From: an uncultured Verrucomicrobiae bacterium
GTDB lineage: Bacteria > Verrucomicrobiota > Verrucomicrobiia > Opitutales > JABDGR01
Length of the DNA stretch: 64,000 nucleotides
Reading direction: 5' to 3'
NCBI GenBank assembly: GCA_963765205.1
Contig: CAVXVB010000004.1
Location: 128,001 to 192,000 of the forward strand
The stretch's first letter is position 1, and each line of letters starts with the position of its first letter. Below are positions 9,628-20,083 of this stretch, one piece after another. The position numbers and the translations under genes are program-made. The notes beneath the pieces are model-generated. The model saw only the letters and a list, made by a program, of their open reading frames with translations, made no database searches and was not told the DNA's origin.

Positions 9628-9709
9628 TTCATCGTCAAGGCGCGAAGGGTGCAAAGAATGACTCGTTAGTGTAAATCCGCCTTTGCGCCCTTTGCGTCTT
9701 GGCGGTGAA
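9628..9709. repeat. Intergenic palindrome built from 9-mer units (CGCAAAG-type)
   Basis: 29-nt arms 9628-9656 and 9681-9709 are inverted with 5 mismatches. Same family as 13385-13461. Confidence 0.75.
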
Positions 9710-9713
9710 AAAA

Positions 9714-10980
9714 CTACGGCTCCGCGTGGCCCGCCAGGGAATCCAGCTTCCGCAATTTCGGCGCGCGCCAGGCAGTGACGGAGACGACGACGAGGGTCAT
9801 GCACCCGCCGAAGACGACCGACGCGACGGTGCCCATGAGTTTCGCCATCACGCCGGATTCGAATTCGCCGATTTCATTCGAGGAGCCGACGAAGATCGAG
9901 CTGACGGCCGCGACGCGGCCTTTCATGTGGTCGGGCGTGACGATCTGGAACATCGTCCAGCGCACAAAGACGCTCACCGCATCAAACCCTCCGCTAAGCA
10001 CCAGCCACAAGAAAGAGAGCCAGAAGTTCTTGCTGATGCCAAACAGGATCATCGCGATGCCGAAGCCCACGACGTTGCACATCAGCGCCGTGCCCGCGCG
10101 GCGCGTAATCGGACGATACGAAAGATAAACGCCCACGATGGCCGAGCCGACGGCTGGCGCCGCACGCAGCAGCCCAAGGCCGAGTGGGCCGGTGTGGAGA
10201 ATCTCGCCGGCATAAATCGGCAGGAGCGCGACCGCGCCGCCAAACAGGACGGCAAACAAATCCAGCGACATCGCGCCGAGGATGATCTGGTTGCGGAACA
10301 CAAAGCGCAGCCCTTCATGGATGCTGGCGACGATGGATTGTTCGGCCCGGGGCGCGCGCGTGGGCGGGGCTTCCATGGCGAGCAGGCAAATCCAGCCGAT
10401 GAAGAGCATCGCCGTGGCCAGTCCGTAAGTCATCGCCGCACCGCAATAGCCATAGAGAAAACCCGCCGCCGCCGGCCCGCCAATGCAGGCCGCCTGCCAG
10501 ACGTTGGCGTTCCACACCGAGGCGTTGCCGTAAAGCTCAGGCGGCACAATCTGCCCCAGCAGCCCGAAATGCGCGGGGCTGAGAAAACCGCCGGCACAGG
10601 CCCGTCAGAAAAATCACCGCATAAATCAGCCAGAGATTTCCGACCAGAAAATTATGCAGCGCGGGCAGCGAAATCACCGCGAGCGCGGCGGTGGCGAAGA
10701 CAAAGAGACCATTGGAAATGCGCAGGATCGAGCGGCGGCTCACCACGTCTGCCACATGCCCGGCCAGCAGGGACACCCCGAGCGCGGGCACCGCTTCCGC
10801 CAGGCCAATCAGGCCAAGCTTGAGCGGGTCGTGCGTCAGTTCATAAATCTGCCAGCCAACGGCCACGCTTTGAATCTGGATCGCACTCGACCCGAACAGC
10901 CGGTAAAGCCAGAACGCGCGATACGCCGGCACGCGGAAAGCGGCGTAGGCATCGGGCGGGCCAGCGGAATCATCAGGCAT
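9714..10980 (-). CDS. MFS transporter (EntS/MFS_3-like), frameshifted near 10591
   Basis: AVGWQIYELTHDPLKLGLIGLAEAVP in one frame, SLDLFAVLFGGAVALLP and GSSNEIGEFESG in the next. Removing one base restores CRGFLSPAHFGLLGQIVPPELYGNA. Confidence 0.85.
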
Positions 10981-10994
10981 GGGCGGGAGGATTG

Positions 10995-11037
10995 AGATTT
11001 CAGATTTATGATTTCAGATTTAAGATTTAAGATTTAG
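10995..11037. repeat. Heptamer tandem repeat (GATTTMA)x6
   Basis: GATTTCA GATTTAT GATTTCA GATTTAA GATTTAA GATTTAG. Confidence 0.8.
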
Positions 11038-11206
11038 GAAGGATGATTCAAGGCGGGACGGGACGGCGAGGAGAAATAATCGAAGGTAGTTCCGTGGAAA
11101 GCGCGTGCTTTCGCAATTTTGTGCAGGGGCCGTAACTGGCGACGACCCCCGCGAATGAGAAAATAAGGCTGACGGCACCAGTTGGCCACGTCAGAGTCTA
11201 ATATAT

Positions 11207-12987
11207 ATGCTGTTGCACCGCCAGTGGGGGTTGGCGTGGCGCGCCGCCGCGGTTGGCGTCGCGGGCCTCGTGGCGTGGGCGGCGCCGGTGCAAGGGGCGG
11301 CGACCGGAGCCGTAGTCGCGCCGGGCGCCACTCCGAACGAAGCCGGCAGTCCCTTGCTCCGGGCGTTGGAATCCCCACCCAGCGCACCGAATCCTTCACC
11401 CAGCTCGACCCCGAACCCCGCGCCCAGCCCCGAGCATGTGGTGGTCGTCGCCAATTCGCGGGAGCCGGAGTCGGAGCCGCTGGCGCGCTATTACATGCTG
11501 AAGCGCCACATCCCCGATAAAAACCTCGTCCTGATTGACGCGCCGACGACGCAGGACATACCTGGACGGAATTTGTGGAACAGGTTTTTAATCCGCTGCG
11601 CGCGCGGCTGACCAAGGACGGCTGGTTCTCAGCCTACGTCACAAACCAGCACGACTTCGAAGGACGATTGCAATATGTTTTTTACGGCAACAAAATAGAT
11701 TTCCTCGTCGTGTGCTACGGCGTGCCCGTGCGCATTCTGAACGATCCGGCGCGCCTGACCACCACGCCGCTGACGCTCGAGCACAAGGAGTTGAACACCA
11801 ACGAGGCGGCGGTGGACAGCGAATTATCACTCCTGGGCGCGCTCAACACGCCGACGAGCGGGCTGGTGGCCAACCCGTTGTTTAATAATTTGAATCCGGA
11901 CGAGCACACGCGCGGGCTGGTGGTGAAAGTCGCGCGGCTCGACGGCCCCAGCCCGGAGGCGGTGCGCGGGATGATCGACAGCGCGCTCACGGGCGAGGCG
12001 CACGGCTTGCAGGGGCGCGCCTATATTGACATGGGCGGCCCACACCCGGAGGGCGAGGAATGGCTCAAGAACGCGAGCACGACCTTGCGCCGGCTGGGCT
12101 TCGACATTAGTGAAGATCACGAGCCGACCTTGTTCACTTGGCGGACGCGGTTCGACGCGCCGGCGTTTTATTTCGGCTGGTATGCCAAGCATCCCTCCGG
12201 GCCGATTTCAGATCCAAATTTCAAATTTCCGCCCGGGGCGATCGCCATTCACATCCATAGCTTTTCCGGCGACAATATTCGCAATGCGAACGCACGCTGG
12301 GTCGGGCCGCTGATCGTGCGGGGTGTCGCGGCCACGGTGGGGAATGTCTTTGAGCCGTATCTGAATTTCACGCACCATATTGACCTGTTTATGGACGCGC
12401 TGGCACATGACAAGACGACCGGTGAGGCCGCGTATTACGCGCTGCCCGCACTCAGCTGGCAGGAGATTTTTGTCGGCGACCCACTCTATCGCCCGTTCGC
12501 CGTGGGTTTGACCAAACAACTGGCCGCGGCGATGGACGCGCCGGGGCCGGAGTCGGCGTATGTGGTCATGCGGCAAATGAATTTGCTCCAGGAACAAAAC
12601 CAAACGACGGACGCGCTGGAGCTGGGCCAGGCGCAATTCAACCGGCAGCCGACCCTCGCGCTGGCGTTCGCGCTGGCGCAGCTCGAGCATGGGCTGAATC
12701 AGGACGCCTACGCGCGCGACCTACTCGCCTGGGCCGCGGCGCCCGGGCCGGTGGCGCGCGGCGATGAAGGCGTACTCGCCGAAATGGCGCGCTGGGCGAA
12801 TGGGAACGGCGAACGGGGACTGGCCCTCGAATTGTTCGCCAAGGCCATCACCGAGCCGGGCGTGAACGGGGAATTTTTGACCGCAGTGCTTCCGGAGGCC
12901 GTCGGCCTGGCCAAAGCGGCGGGCAACGACGATTTGCGCGGTCGCTGGCAGAAGCAACTGGACGCGTTCGACCCACCGTCCCAGTAA
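11207..12987 (+). CDS. TIGR03790 family exported protein, frameshifted near 11560
   Basis: Signal peptide, HVVVVANSREPES..LARYY, AAVDSELSLL, VARLDGP, FYFGWY, GAIAIHIHSFS, GNVFEPYL, FVGDPLYRPF. One added base restores DITWTEFVEQVF. Confidence 0.85.
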
Positions 12988-13074
12988 CGTTCTTATATCC
13001 CTGTTATCCGTGCCCTCCGTGGTCAAATTGAATCACCGAAAATAGACTTATCCGCTGTTGCCCCAAAACTCGCC

Positions 13075-13362
13075 ATGCAGCCGCCCCCCAAGAAAAAAGA
13101 GGCCGACTACGCCGCGCTCGCGTCGCCCTTCATGCGCATTCCGCGGCTGACCACGGAGGTCGCGCGCGATTTGCTCGATTTGGGCCTGCGGGAAGTTTAC
13201 GAATTGCAGGGCCGCGCGCCCGAAGTGCTCTTCGCCGAGGTGCGCCGCCTGCGGCCCGCCACGCCGGCCAGCCGCCTGCCCTACTTTCGCCTCGCCGTCT
13301 ATTTCGCCGAGCACCCCGAGCCGGAGCGCGAAAAAATGCACCCGGACGCCTGGCGGGATTAA
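13075..13362 (+). CDS. Cdd1/TfoX-C-like helix-hairpin-helix protein
   Basis: IPRLTTEVARDLLDLGLREVYELQGRAPEVLF...FRLAVYFAE...W pattern. Confidence 0.7.
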   Translation: MQPPPKKKEADYAALASPFMRIPRLTTEVARDLLDLGLREVYELQGRAPEVLFAEVRRLRPATPASRLPYFRLAVYFAEHPEPEREKMHPDAWRD

Positions 13363-13384
13363 CGTCGGCTTTGACACCCGTTTT

Positions 13385-13461
13385 CACCGCAAAGACGCGA
13401 AGGTCGCAAAGAATGGCTTTCAGGCCAAAACCCCCTTTGCGCCCTTCGCGTCTTAGCGGTG
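13385..13461. repeat. Intergenic palindrome built from 9-mer units (CGCAAAG-type)
   Basis: CACCGCAAAGACGCGAAGGTCGCAAAG ... CTTTGCGCCCTTCGCGTCTTAGCGGTG. Confidence 0.8.
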
Positions 13462-13512
13462 CATTGCCTTGGGGTTATAAAACGCGGCCCGGCGCAACGC
13501 CCCCACGCAAGC

Positions 13513-13540
13513 TTGCCTTTGGCCGCCGGGGGTATTTAAT
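13513..13540 (+). promoter_or_regulatory. Putative sigma70 promoter of serA
   Basis: TTGCCT-N16-TTTAAT ending 14 nt before the ATG. Confidence 0.4.
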
Positions 13541-13554
13541 CAATCCTTTCCCAC

Positions 13555-15144
13555 ATGAAAATCCTCGTTGCCGACAAAATCTCGCCCTTGGGCGTCGCCT
13601 ACTTGAAACAGCAGCCGGGCTTCGAAGTCGTCGAAGCCTACGGCTCGAAGCCCGAGCAGATCCTCGCCCTGGTCAAGGACGTGGACGCCATCGCTGTGCG
13701 CAGCGAGACGCAGATCACGCGCGAGGTCATCGCCGCCGCGCCCAAGCTCAAGGCCGTGGGCCGCGCGGGCGTCGGGGTGGATAATATTGATGTCGAGGCG
13801 GCGACCGAGCGGGGCGTCATCGTCATGAACACACCGACGGGCAACACCATCGCCACCGCCGAACTGACCTTCACCCACATGCTCTGCGGCGCGCGCCCCG
13901 TCGTGCAGGCGGGCGCTTCCATGAAGGCCGGCCAGTGGGACCGCAAAAGCTTTTCCGGCAGCGAACTGTTCCAGAAAACGCTCGGCGTCCTCGGCCTCGG
14001 GCGCATCGGCGCGGAAGTCTCGAAACGCGCGCTGGCCTTTGGCATGAAGGTGCTCGCCTACGACCCCTACCTCACCGCCGCCCGCGCCAAGGCCCTCAAC
14101 GTCGAGATGGTCGCGCGCGAGGAGATTTTTACGAAGTCCGACTACATCACCGTCCACATGCCCCTGACCGACGATACGAAATACATGGTGGACGAGGCGG
14201 CGTTTGCGAAGATGAAAAAAGGTGTGCGAATTTTCAACTGCGCGCGCGGCGGCATCATCAAGGAAAGCGCGCTCGTCGCCGCCCTCCAATCCGGCCACGT
14301 CGCCGCCGCGGGGCTGGACGTGTTTGAGGACGAGCCGCTGGCCGCCGACCACCCGCTGCGCAAGCTGCCCAACGTCGTGCTGACGCCGCACCTGGGCGCT
14401 TCGACCAAGGAGGCGCAAGAAAGCGTGGGCATCGAAGTCGCCGAAGCCCTCGCCGAAGTTTTGAAGGGCGGCGTGGTGCGCAACGCCGTCAACATGCCCT
14501 CGGTGGACGCGCACACGCTCTCCGTGCTGCGGCCCTATTTTGTGCTGGGCGAAAAACTCGGCGTCGTGCTGCAACAGGCCGCGCCGAGCAAAATCGAAAA
14601 ACTACGCATTACCTATTTCGGAAAAATTTGCGAGCTGGACTCGAACCCGCTCACGCGCGCCATCCAGCGCGGCTATCTGCGGCGCATCAGCGGCGCGGAC
14701 GTGACGGATGTGAACGCCCCCATGCGCATGCACCAGCTCGGCATCGCGGTCGAGACAGTCCGTTCCTCGACGCCGGCGGATTACACCGAGCTGGTGCAGC
14801 TCGAGGCGACGGACGCAGCGGGGCATACCACGATAGTTTCCGGCACGCTCATCGGCACCGCGCAGAACCCGCGCCTCGTCAATTTGATGGGCCACAGTGT
14901 CGAAGTGACGCCGTCCGGCTTCCTGCTCGTGCTGCGCAACCGCGACGTGCCTGGCATCGTCGGCATGTTGGGCACCATCCTCGGCAAGCACCAGGTCAAC
15001 ATCGCCAACATGTCCCTCAGTCGCAGCAGCTCGAGCCAGGAGGCGCTCGCGATCTACCAGCTCGACAGCCGCCCGACGGAAGAGGCGCTGAAGGAAATTA
15101 GGAACCACCCCGCGATTCTTGGCCTGCAGGTGATTGTGGTGTGA
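13555..15144 (+). CDS. serA: D-3-phosphoglycerate dehydrogenase
   Basis: GRAGVGVDNID, GLGRIG, NCARGG, TPHLGAST, ASB domain and ACT domain (NRDVPGIVG...VNIANM). Confidence 0.97.
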   Translation: MKILVADKISPLGVAYLKQQPGFEVVEAYGSKPEQILALVKDVDAIAVRSETQITREVIAAAPKLKAVGRAGVGVDNIDVEAATERGVIVMNTPTGNTIATAELTFTHMLCGARPVVQAGASMKAGQWDRKSFSGSELFQKTLGVLGLGRIGAEVSKRALAFGMKVLAYDPYLTAARAKALNVEMVAREEIFTKSDYITVHMPLTDDTKYMVDEAAFAKMKKGVRIFNCARGGIIKESALVAALQSGHVAAAGLDVFEDEPLAADHPLRKLPNVVLTPHLGASTKEAQESVGIEVAEALAEVLKGGVVRNAVNMPSVDAHTLSVLRPYFVLGEKLGVVLQQAAPSKIEKLRITYFGKICELDSNPLTRAIQRGYLRRISGADVTDVNAPMRMHQLGIAVETVRSSTPADYTELVQLEATDAAGHTTIVSGTLIGTAQNPRLVNLMGHSVEVTPSGFLLVLRNRDVPGIVGMLGTILGKHQVNIANMSLSRSSSSQEALAIYQLDSRPTEEALKEIRNHPAILGLQVIVV

Positions 15145-15286
15145 GGTGGCTTGCCTTCACGGTGATCAAAGGGTGTGAAGCGTGAACGGGGTTGGTCGGA
15201 GCGGGGTAAGAAGGGAAAACTGCGGGTGGAGTTTGAACTTCCCACGCCACCCTCAACGTCTCACACTTCTGTTGCTGCTTCTTCTC

Positions 15287-15955
15287 ATGGCCCCCGCCTG
15301 GCTTATTATTCTCGCCGCCGTCATCGGCTACTTGCTTGGCTCGATCTCTTTTGCCGTGCTTGTCGCCAAGCGCCGGGGCGTGGACATTTTTCAGGCGGGC
15401 AGCGGCAACCCCGGGGCGACTAACGTGCTGCGCGTGCTGGGCAAGGGGCCGGGCTACGGCGTGTTCTTCCTCGATTTCCTCAAGGGTTTTATCGCGGCGG
15501 ACTGGCCGATGATTGCGCGGAATTGCGGTTGGATCACGGTGGACGAAGGCACGTATTTGTGGATGGGCATCGCTGGGTTGGCCGGCGCGGTGGCAGGGCA
15601 CAGTTTTTCAGTGTTTTTGCGCTTTCGCGGCGGCAAGGGTGTGGCAACAACTATCGGCGGCTTGATGGCGTTGATGCCGTTCGTCACCTTGGGCGGGCTG
15701 TTGGTGTGGAACGCGGTGTTTTTCACGACACGTTATGTATCACTTGCCTCAATTTTGTTTGGCCTGGCGCTGATGCCGCTGGCCGCCATCCTGCGCGAGC
15801 CGCGCGCCTTGGTCGGCTTGAGTTTCATGCTGGCCGTCCTCATCCTCTGGCGCCACCGGGCGAACCTCGGCCGCCTGATGAACGGCACGGAGCCAAAGTT
15901 TGGAAAGAAGAAGGGCACTGAGGCGACGGACGCGCTGAGGGACAAAGGCGATTGA
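15287..15955 (+). CDS. plsY: Glycerol-3-phosphate acyltransferase
   Basis: GYLLGSI, GSGNPGATNVLR, GHSFSVFLRFRGGKGVATT, YVSLAS, RHRANLGRL..GTE. Confidence 0.95.
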   Translation: MAPAWLIILAAVIGYLLGSISFAVLVAKRRGVDIFQAGSGNPGATNVLRVLGKGPGYGVFFLDFLKGFIAADWPMIARNCGWITVDEGTYLWMGIAGLAGAVAGHSFSVFLRFRGGKGVATTIGGLMALMPFVTLGGLLVWNAVFFTTRYVSLASILFGLALMPLAAILREPRALVGLSFMLAVLILWRHRANLGRLMNGTEPKFGKKKGTEATDALRDKGD

Positions 15956-16041
15956 GGCGCGCAGAAATTGGGTGTTTAAAACTGCGGATTTTAGATGCAT
16001 TCCCTTTGTGCCTTTGTGCCTCTGTCCCTTTGTCCCTGTCT
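15912..16041. repeat. 8-mer-unit inverted repeat overlapping the plsY 3' end
   Basis: GGCACTGAGG...GGGACAAAGG faces CCCTTTGTGCCTTTGTGCCTCTGTCCCTTTGTCCC. Confidence 0.6.
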
Positions 16042-16101
16042 TTCCCCCGCCCTTTTATTCTCGTGTTTTTTCGGGAATTGTAAGATGAGCCTCCATTGAC
16101 C

Positions 16102-17436
16102 ATGCCCGACCAACGCACCATCCGCATCGGCCTGCTGGGCTTCGGCACCGTCGGCCAAGGGGTCTGGAAGCACCTGCACAACAACCGCGCGGCGCTCGCA
16201 CGGCGCCTGAGCGTGGACTTGGAGATTACGCGCGTGGGCGTGCGCGACTTGCGGAAGAAACGCGTGGTCAAAATCCCGCGCGCCCGCCTGACCACCGATT
16301 TGGCCTCCATCGTGGACGACCTGCGGATTGACATCGTCTGCGAACTCATCGGCGGCGTGACGACCGCGCGGGAGCTGACCACGCGCGCGCTGGGGCTGGG
16401 CAAGGTCGTCGTCACCGGCAACAAGGCGCTGTTGTGCGAGCACGGGGCGGAATTGTTCCGGCTCGTCCAGCGCGGGCGCGGGCATTATTTTTTCGAGGCC
16501 AGTGTGGCGGGCGGCATTCCCATCATCAAGGTGCTGCGCGAGGGGCTGATTGCGAACCGCTTCCGGCTCATTTACGGCATCCTCAACGGCACCTGTAATT
16601 ATATTTTGACGCGCATGGCGCGCGAGGGACGCCCCTTTGCCGAGGTGCTGGCCGACGCGAAAAGGCTCGGCTACGCGGAGGCGGACGAGGCGCTGGACGT
16701 GGACGGCTGGGACGCCGCGCACAAGGCCGTCATCCTCGCCTACCTCGCGCACGGGCGCTGGATCAAGCCGCGGCAAATGCTCGTGCAGGGCATCCGCGAG
16801 ATCACGCCGCGCGACCTCGCCTACGCGCGCGAACTCGGCTACACGGTCAAGCTGCTGGCCATCATCACCCGGGATTTTTCGACGAACCGCGTGTTTGCCC
16901 GCGTGCATCCGTGCCTGCTGCCGGCAAAAAATTTGCTCTCCTCGGTGGACGACGTGTTCAACGGGATTTGCCTAAATGCGGACGTGGCCGGCTCGACGCT
17001 GCTCGTCGGCCGGGGCGCGGGGCAGGACGCGACGGCGAGCGCGGTGTTGAGCGACATCGCCGACGCCGTGGTCGCGCTGCGCGGCGTGCCCGCGCCGGTG
17101 ATTTGCGAAGAGGACGCCGACACCTACGCGCGCCTCGGCTCGGGCATCGGCATCGCGGCGCTCGCGGAAATCACCGGGCGCTACTATCTGCGGCTGACGG
17201 TGCAGGACCGCCCCGGCGTGCTGGCGGACGTCGCGCGCGCACTGGCCGACCACCAGATTTCAATTGCGACCATGATCCAGCACGAAGACCGCGCGCGGCA
17301 GACGGCGGAAATCATCTTCACCACGCACGCCTCGAACGAGCAAAGCGTCCACCAGGCCTGCCGCCATCTAAAAAAACTCCGCGCCGTCCTCGGCGCGCCC
17401 TTCCTGCTGCGGATTCTGGAGGACGAGGGGTTGTAG
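16102..17436 (+). CDS. hom: Homoserine dehydrogenase with ACT domain
   Basis: GFGTVGQG, FEASVAGGIPIIK, GILNGTCNYIL, GYAEAD, DAAHK, GRGAG..ATASAV, DRPGVL. Confidence 0.95.
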   Translation: MPDQRTIRIGLLGFGTVGQGVWKHLHNNRAALARRLSVDLEITRVGVRDLRKKRVVKIPRARLTTDLASIVDDLRIDIVCELIGGVTTARELTTRALGLGKVVVTGNKALLCEHGAELFRLVQRGRGHYFFEASVAGGIPIIKVLREGLIANRFRLIYGILNGTCNYILTRMAREGRPFAEVLADAKRLGYAEADEALDVDGWDAAHKAVILAYLAHGRWIKPRQMLVQGIREITPRDLAYARELGYTVKLLAIITRDFSTNRVFARVHPCLLPAKNLLSSVDDVFNGICLNADVAGSTLLVGRGAGQDATASAVLSDIADAVVALRGVPAPVICEEDADTYARLGSGIGIAALAEITGRYYLRLTVQDRPGVLADVARALADHQISIATMIQHEDRARQTAEIIFTTHASNEQSVHQACRHLKKLRAVLGAPFLLRILEDEGL

Positions 17437-17441
17437 TTCTA

Positions 17442-17831
17442 TCAACCGTTTTCGATTTTACCGTTTACGGTTACCAAAAACGCTGTGCCACGCTTTGCCT
17501 GCTTGGCTGCCAGCATTATATCCGGAAAGCACTTGCCTAGCTTTTGCACTTGCTGCCAAAAGGCGACATTGGTCCAGCCCGGCTTCAGAAAGAAAATGGT
17601 ATGCCCGGCAGTTTTCCAAGCCTCAATTTCATGCGGATTTCTGCTGATTGCGACATCGCCAGAAATAATTATCCATTCATTTTTATGGGCTAATTCTTGC
17701 ATCCACTTAACGTCGGGAGTACTGGGAGGGAATCGATCGCGTAAATGTATAATTTCATGCTCTCCGGCTACAAACTCATTAAAGCCATGGGCAAGCCTTG
17801 GGGCAAGATTGTTGTCAATGAAGAATCTCAC
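17442..17831 (-). CDS. VapC45-like PIN-domain toxin
   Basis: GTG start; RFFIDNNL, TPDVKW, WIIISGDVAISRNPHEIEAW. AT-rich compared with flanking genes; start overlaps the antitoxin stop remnant (GTGA). Confidence 0.75.
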   Translation of the reverse strand: MRFFIDNNLAPRLAHGFNEFVAGEHEIIHLRDRFPPSTPDVKWMQELAHKNEWIIISGDVAISRNPHEIEAWKTAGHTIFFLKPGWTNVAFWQQVQKLGKCFPDIMLAAKQAKRGTAFLVTVNGKIENG

Positions 17832-17852
17832 GCAGCAATTTTAAGTTTATTC

Positions 17853-18712
17853 TGCTCTGTAGAAAAGATAACTTGACTCCGTAGGGACAAACTGACAAGT
17901 TGTAAGAATGAATAACCTAGCGCGATTTACGGAACTCGCGATGCGGCTGGGGGCGCGCCACCTCGATGCCTACGGCGCGGCCAAGAGCCGCCACGACTTC
18001 ACCCAACGCCAGTTGATGAGTGGCCTGCTCCTGAAGGCCTGCCTCAAGACGACCTACCGCGGGGTGTTGGAGGTGCTGGCCACCAGCGAGGTGTTGCGCC
18101 AGCAGCTGGGCTTCACGGACAAACTGCCGCATTACACCACGCTGCAAAAGTTCAGCGCCCGCGCGCAGGTGCAGGCCATTGCGGCGGCCATCCTGGCCCA
18201 GTTGGGCGGCGCGGCCGAGGCGGCCGCCCGGCGGCAGGGGCGGCGGGTCAGCGCGGCGGTGGACGCCACCGGGCTGGAAAAGACGGTGGCCAGCGCGCAT
18301 GACCTTAGCCGCACTGGCCGAACACGGCACCGGTTCGTGAAAGTTTCCGCCGCCGTGTTGTGCGGCAGCCTGCTGCCCGTGGGGCTGGTGGTGGGCTGGG
18401 GGCCGCGCAACGACAAATGCCACGCGGCGCCATTGCTGGAACAAACCTTTGCGGCCACCGCGCCCGCGCGGCTCTACGCCGACGCCGGCGACGACGCCGA
18501 ATGGGTGCCTGTCCGCGCACACGCCCAAGGCACCGAAAGCCTGATCCGGCCAGTGGTGCATCGGGCGGACGGAACCCTCGGGGGGCAGTGGCGTTCCCGC
18601 ATGACGCCGGAACACCTGCGGGCCCGCGGCTATGGCCGCCGCTGGCAGGTGGAAAGTTTCTTCAGCGCGCTCAAACGCAAGTTCGGCAGCGCCTTAAACA
18701 GCCGCACCGAAA
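17853..18712 (+). mobile_element. Truncated IS5-family element (left end plus partial DDE transposase from 17908)
   Basis: End TGCTCTGTAGAAAAGATA; transposase motifs LPHYTTLQKF, AVDATG, YADAG, YGRRWQVESFFSALKRKFG. After ...SRTETQ the ORF reads into antisense antitoxin DNA; no right inverted repeat present. Confidence 0.85.
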
Positions 18713-19183
18713 CCCAATTCTTTAAGAAATGGACTAACGATTCGGTCAAATTCGTGCTGATTATTCAGGATATTGAAAAGGCATTTATCTCCTGCTGCTT
18801 GGGCCTCGTGCAAAAGGATATCGTGTCCATCCGTTACAAAATCGTTCGTGCAAAAGGGATGATCCGTTTGCAATTTTGCCTTAGCAGCGATATGCGCTTC
18901 CCTCATGGTTTTCCAGCTTACGCCTTCATTCAGAAACGCCTCAACGTATCGAATCTCCATTAAGTCTTTGAATCCAACCGCCATTTTTCCATCACGAATA
19001 ACATGTTGACCGATCCAGACAGGCTTTGAATGATGAAGCGCGTTTTTTTGTGCTAAAATTATAGCCAAGCAGCCATCGCCGAATGCGCCATGGGCTTACT
19101 TGAGTCAGACGGGAAGCGTCCGGAATTGTGTATATGCCGGTACTTAGCAAAGTGGCATGGGGGGCGTTTTTCATAATGAACAT
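18713..19183 (-). pseudogene. VapB45/DUF433-type antitoxin, disrupted (3' tip stranded at 17828-17852)
   Basis: GIYTIPDASRL..VSPWRIRRWLLGY HTH start, frameshift in A7 run (19043-19049), then GFKDLMEIRYVEAFLNEGVSW...HPF...FVTDG...SPFLKEL. Remnant NKLKIAA* lies beyond the IS. Confidence 0.75.
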
Positions 19184-19193
19184 AAAGTCACTA

Positions 19194-20039
19194 GAGGCTG
19201 TCCGAAAAGTCTGATTTGGTCAAGTGATGGGCAGATGGGGTAGTGCGATCATGAGGCAGCCGAGGGTGGCGAAGGCGCAAAAGAGCGAGGCGTGTTTTTC
19301 CCAGCGGGTTAAAAGTCGGCGATGGTAGCCCAGCCAGGCGATGGTGCGTTCGACTTTCCAGCGGCGGCGGTAGCGGCGCAGAGGCCGGCCATCTTGGGTG
19401 ACATTTTCAGGCAGGCGGTTTTGGCGGTGTGGGGCGATCATCTCGATGCCCAGTTCGGCGAGCGTTTCGTCCAGTTCGTCCACGTCGTAGGCTTTGTCGC
19501 CGATGAGCCGTTTGGGTTGGGCCACAGGTTCACCCAGTTCAAGGGTTTGTTGCACCAGGTCGTGCTCGGCCACCCCGGAGGCCTCCACCGACAGCGCCAA
19601 AGGAATCCCTTGTCCATCAACGATTACCTGCAGCTTGGTTCCTTTGCCCTTGGGGCTGAGGCCCACTGCGTCACCCCCACCCTTGGCGGCGGCAAAGGTG
19701 GCGTCCACAAAGCACTCTTCCAAGTCGATGCGCCCCGCTTCCACCCGTTGGCGGATGACCTTGGCCAGCAGGGAGCGGAAGGCCCGCGACTGGCTCCAGC
19801 GTTGCCGGTAGTCATGCACGGTGGACTTGGGCGGAAAACTCCGCGGCAGGTATTCCCACTGAATCCCGGTGTGCAGCACGAACAACAAGGCCTCGAAGAC
19901 CCGCCGGGCGTCGGCCCGCGGCCGCCCATACCGGCTGGTCTTGGGCCGTTCCAACACCGGCTTCAATAACTCCCATTGTGCATCAGTTGTAAACATATTG
20001 TCCTATAAGCACAAACCTTGCCACTTTTCGGATAGACTC
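19194..20039 (-). mobile_element. IS5-family (IS427-like) insertion sequence
   Basis: Terminal inverted repeats GAGGCTGTCCGAAAAGT / GAGTCTATCCGAAAAGT (15/17), TA on both flanks. Confidence 0.9.
19220..19996 (-). CDS. IS5-family transposase
   Basis: TDAQWELL, GRPR, TGIQWEYLP..FPPKSTVH, FVDAT, KGTKL, IGDKAYD, YRRRWKVERTIAWL. Confidence 0.95.
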   Translation of the reverse strand: MFTTDAQWELLKPVLERPKTSRYGRPRADARRVFEALLFVLHTGIQWEYLPRSFPPKSTVHDYRQRWSQSRAFRSLLAKVIRQRVEAGRIDLEECFVDATFAAAKGGGDAVGLSPKGKGTKLQVIVDGQGIPLALSVEASGVAEHDLVQQTLELGEPVAQPKRLIGDKAYDVDELDETLAELGIEMIAPHRQNRLPENVTQDGRPLRRYRRRWKVERTIAWLGYHRRLLTRWEKHASLFCAFATLGCLMIALPHLPIT

Positions 20040-20083
20040 TAATTTCATTGGAAGGCAAGGTAGATTTTCTGCCTTTTCTTTTC

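Noticed and set aside
10995..11037. Short repeat arrays as a possible CRISPR array
   Set aside because: Units are 7-9 nt with no unique spacers, and there are no cas genes in the window.
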